DNA of 64,000 nt, taken from NCBI GenBank assembly GCA_000934665.2, contig JYFJ02001977.1:1-64000 (forward strand). Direction: 5' to 3'. The notes under the pieces were generated by a model. The model was not told the DNA's origin and did not search any database. It saw nothing but the letters and a program-made list of their open reading frames with translations. The DNA comes from Catajapyx aquilonaris (taxonomy: Eukaryota). The position numbers and the translations under genes are program-made. Position 1 is the first letter of the stretch. The number at the start of each line of letters is the position of its first letter. Shown here in pieces: positions 61,201-64,000 of the stretch.

Positions 61201-64000
61201 GTGTGTGTGTGTGTGTGTTGTATACACCTTGGTGAGGATCGATCGGCTTGGTGTGCATGTCGACCGGAAATATAGTGCGGTGTTTTTTTTTTTTTGTTGC
61301 GATGTGGCCAAAGACCCGGGTATTTTGTGCGGCGTACGTTGGGTTGACCCTGGCCAACAGCAGCATCGATCTGGTGGTCAGTCATGTTTTGTCTCGTTGA
61401 AAACTCGGGGGGTGACATTCAGGACGGAAATAAGGACGGGATATGACTCTTTAATTTGTTTAAAAAAAATATGACACGAGAATTAAAGGCTCAGTGGCGG
61501 TTAACATGTTTTTCTCCCGAACCATTCATATAAATATTTTGCATGGCCAAAGCAAGGTAAACCGCCGATTATTACATATCCGCAGTGGTGCAACTGTCTG
61601 AAGGTCCTCCCTAATTACCATATTCAGCCGACTTCATTACAAAAAAAAAAGAGAGTACAAACTGTGGCCTAATTAACATCCGGAAACAGGAAGGCGATGT
61701 CTTGACATTGAAATGCCAGACTTTGTAACGGTTAGATTTGAGTATGAATAGCATATTTGCCATTCTTCGTTCATCCTGCTCTTTTAGATGCGGGAGTGAC
61801 TCATGCCATCTCATCGTTGTATGTGCGGCATACATGGCCCTGAGAACATGGCGTTTGGCAAGCTTTTAAAATAGGGGGCTTTACAGGAGCGTGAAAATGG
61901 TGCGGGAACAATGTTGGTACGGCAATTGCAACCCTTCCTGTTTGACCCAATTAAAATATCCGGTGACTTTGCGGTACTTGTTTGGAGGGCGAAATTTTTT
62001 TGGACTTCCATGTGTGAGAGTGGTTGGTTTTTTTTTTCCAGTGGTGTAACATAAATATATCACTTCCCCCCACACACCAGCTTTCATATCATACGTGGAG
62101 CATATCTGGTTTTCTAATACCGGCCAGTGATTCGCTTCCGCTTCAGATCTGTAGATTAGAGACTTTCGGTATATTTTTTCGATGATCCTTGAGAGTTATG
62201 TAATGGTCTCCACCCATTTTTGTCCCTATCTAATTGTAGCGTTTTTTTGTATGGAGACTTTTCCCAAGGTAACACCTACCTTATTAGTCATAATGTTTCG
62301 TAATGGTATGGTCCATAGCATGTTGGTGGAATAAAAGCAGGCTGTGCACAAATATGTGCAAAATGGATGCAAGTTGTCTGTAGGCGAATCTGTCAGGTGT
62401 TCTGCTGTCATAACGTAGTAAATGCAGTATGTGCACCACCTGCAGATCATGCTCTGATTGCAATGCTTTTACAATTGCAAATGTAAGCGACAATAAGTAA
62501 TGTTTATGGGCTATTTTTTTTAGGTTGGAGACTTGGGGAAGAGAGGATGGCGTGATTTCTCTGGGGTTTTTGGACCGCCTAAGACGTCATTGGAAACTGC
62601 AGAAGGAGCTCCAAATGAGAAGTCTTCGCTGCTGGGAGATGGAGGCGCAGGTGCAGCAAGGCCCCCTAGGTATGGCCACATTACACATTCCGTTTTTGTC
62701 CTTACATAAGAAATGATACGACTGTCTTGCAAGTAGATTACTCCATAATTAGCTTGTTTTCCTGCTATTGCGAGGCTAATATTTCCTCCTTTATGCCCTG
62801 GATATTCTACTACAAAGTGACTATGAAGTCACATTAATTAGTAGTGGATGAATTTTTAATCCGGCACTGGCTTAGGGGACATGCAAAATGGATATTAAAG
62901 GGTGCTTGCACTCTAACGAGGTTAGGCTGCAACATTGGGAGGCACGTAATGCGGGTGTAAACAGTTAAACAACTGCCTATTGAGCCAGTTCTTCTACTCG
63001 ATTCGGCACTTATTGAACTGGATGTGTGGTGTCCCAGGTGGAAATGGAGATTACCAGGTATCCTTGAGCTGATAATTCAGCTGCATTGTACATGCCACTT
63101 ATTCTTCGAAATGGTTCAGAGAATTGGCATCCTTCTGCCCTGTATGTGACGTGTTGAGCAAAAGGCAGTGGCAAGTGACAAAATGTGATTACCCAAGGAC
63201 CCAGCCATATTCAGCAGGGAAAAGAAACCAGAAGTTTTTCCTTCAACTTGAGATAGGTCATGGATGTACAAAATGTGGATACATCCTCTCTACACTCATT
63301 TACAACTACAAGTTAGTTGTTTTTTTGTTGCATTTTGAATGCCTCATGTGGGTGTGGCTGTAGCATAAACTTGAGTTGCAGATGTTTAACTACGTTGCTG
63401 GCCTATTCAATTAGAGAAAAGTATCTTATGAAAGAACTTCTGGCTTGGAAAATGTATTACCCTCTTTACTTTCACTGTAACAATCTGTTAATGCTACATA
63501 GTGTACACTTTTAGAGAATATTTGACAGGTGTAAGAGTTCAGTGTTTTGGTTACTCTTATATAATTATGCCCTGTGGATATTGGAAGTTGTTGCATAATT
63601 TCCTTCACAATGAAGCACTGTGCCATGTGGTTGATCCTTTTGCTACGAGGCCATTATGTAAAGTAGGGAAGGTCCAAGGTTAATCGCAAAACTTGACACT
63701 TTTTGAAATCCGTATTTAATGACTCATGTTGGTGTTGTCCAGGTCAATGATGGGAAGTGATGGTGACTCACCCCTCCTGAAAGAGAGCCCGAGGAGCATG
63801 AGTGGGCGGGGAGGCAGTAGGAGAGGCATAGAAGAGGAAGACGATTGGAGCTGGGGCTCAGGAGGATCATCCAATTCAGACCACAATGCCAAGAGCCCCA
63901 AGAAGTCACCAAAGTCTCCTCCCAGGTCACAATCATTACAACCTGCTCCACCCAAGGGGAAGAAGACTTTGCAGAAGGACACCAGTGAGGACCTGCTCAT
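55286..64000 (+). CDS. ARFGAP1: ADP-ribosylation factor GTPase-activating protein 1 (3' end beyond the window)
   Basis: Exons 55286-55345, 57024-57305, 57825-58114, 58422-58536, 58620-58742, 59043-59102, 62524-62669, 63743->64000. Motifs: [10 protein letters not shown], zinc finger [37 protein letters not shown], and ALPS-like [17 protein letters not shown]. Confidence 0.97.
56551..56612. repeat. Perfect 62-bp spacerless palindrome
   Basis: atgcattatgagcactcatgtcctgaacaat|attgttcaggacatgagtgctcataatgcat. Confidence 0.95.

Overview
Gene-dense eukaryotic region, most likely from an insect or other arthropod: it has short spliceosomal introns, TTAGG-like repeats, and CpG-depleted housekeeping gene bodies next to CpG-rich promoters. 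It contains two identical tRNA-Lys(CTT) genes and nine spliced protein genes whose exons I could join in frame: a CABIT-domain (serrano/GAREM-like) gene, a class III GLUT (SLC2A10/12-like), CIMIP2C/FAM166C, PPCS, an unrecognised ~1,500-aa acidic and S/T-P-rich protein, SOCS7, UBE2G2, NOP58 and ARFGAP1 (which runs off the window end). Three pairs are head-to-head. Introns carry many SINE, LINE and MITE relics. The most interesting leads are a possible unannotated five-exon TEX49/SPMIP11-like gene at 12.3-13.5 kb, a CpG-rich internal promoter or in-frame exon in ARFGAP1 with Su(H)-type sites, a 5'-inverted RTE insertion with a 16-bp TSD, and the orphan CDK-site-rich protein. I see no prokaryote-type system such as CRISPR or a defence operon. 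All family assignments come from remembered motifs, not from database searches.
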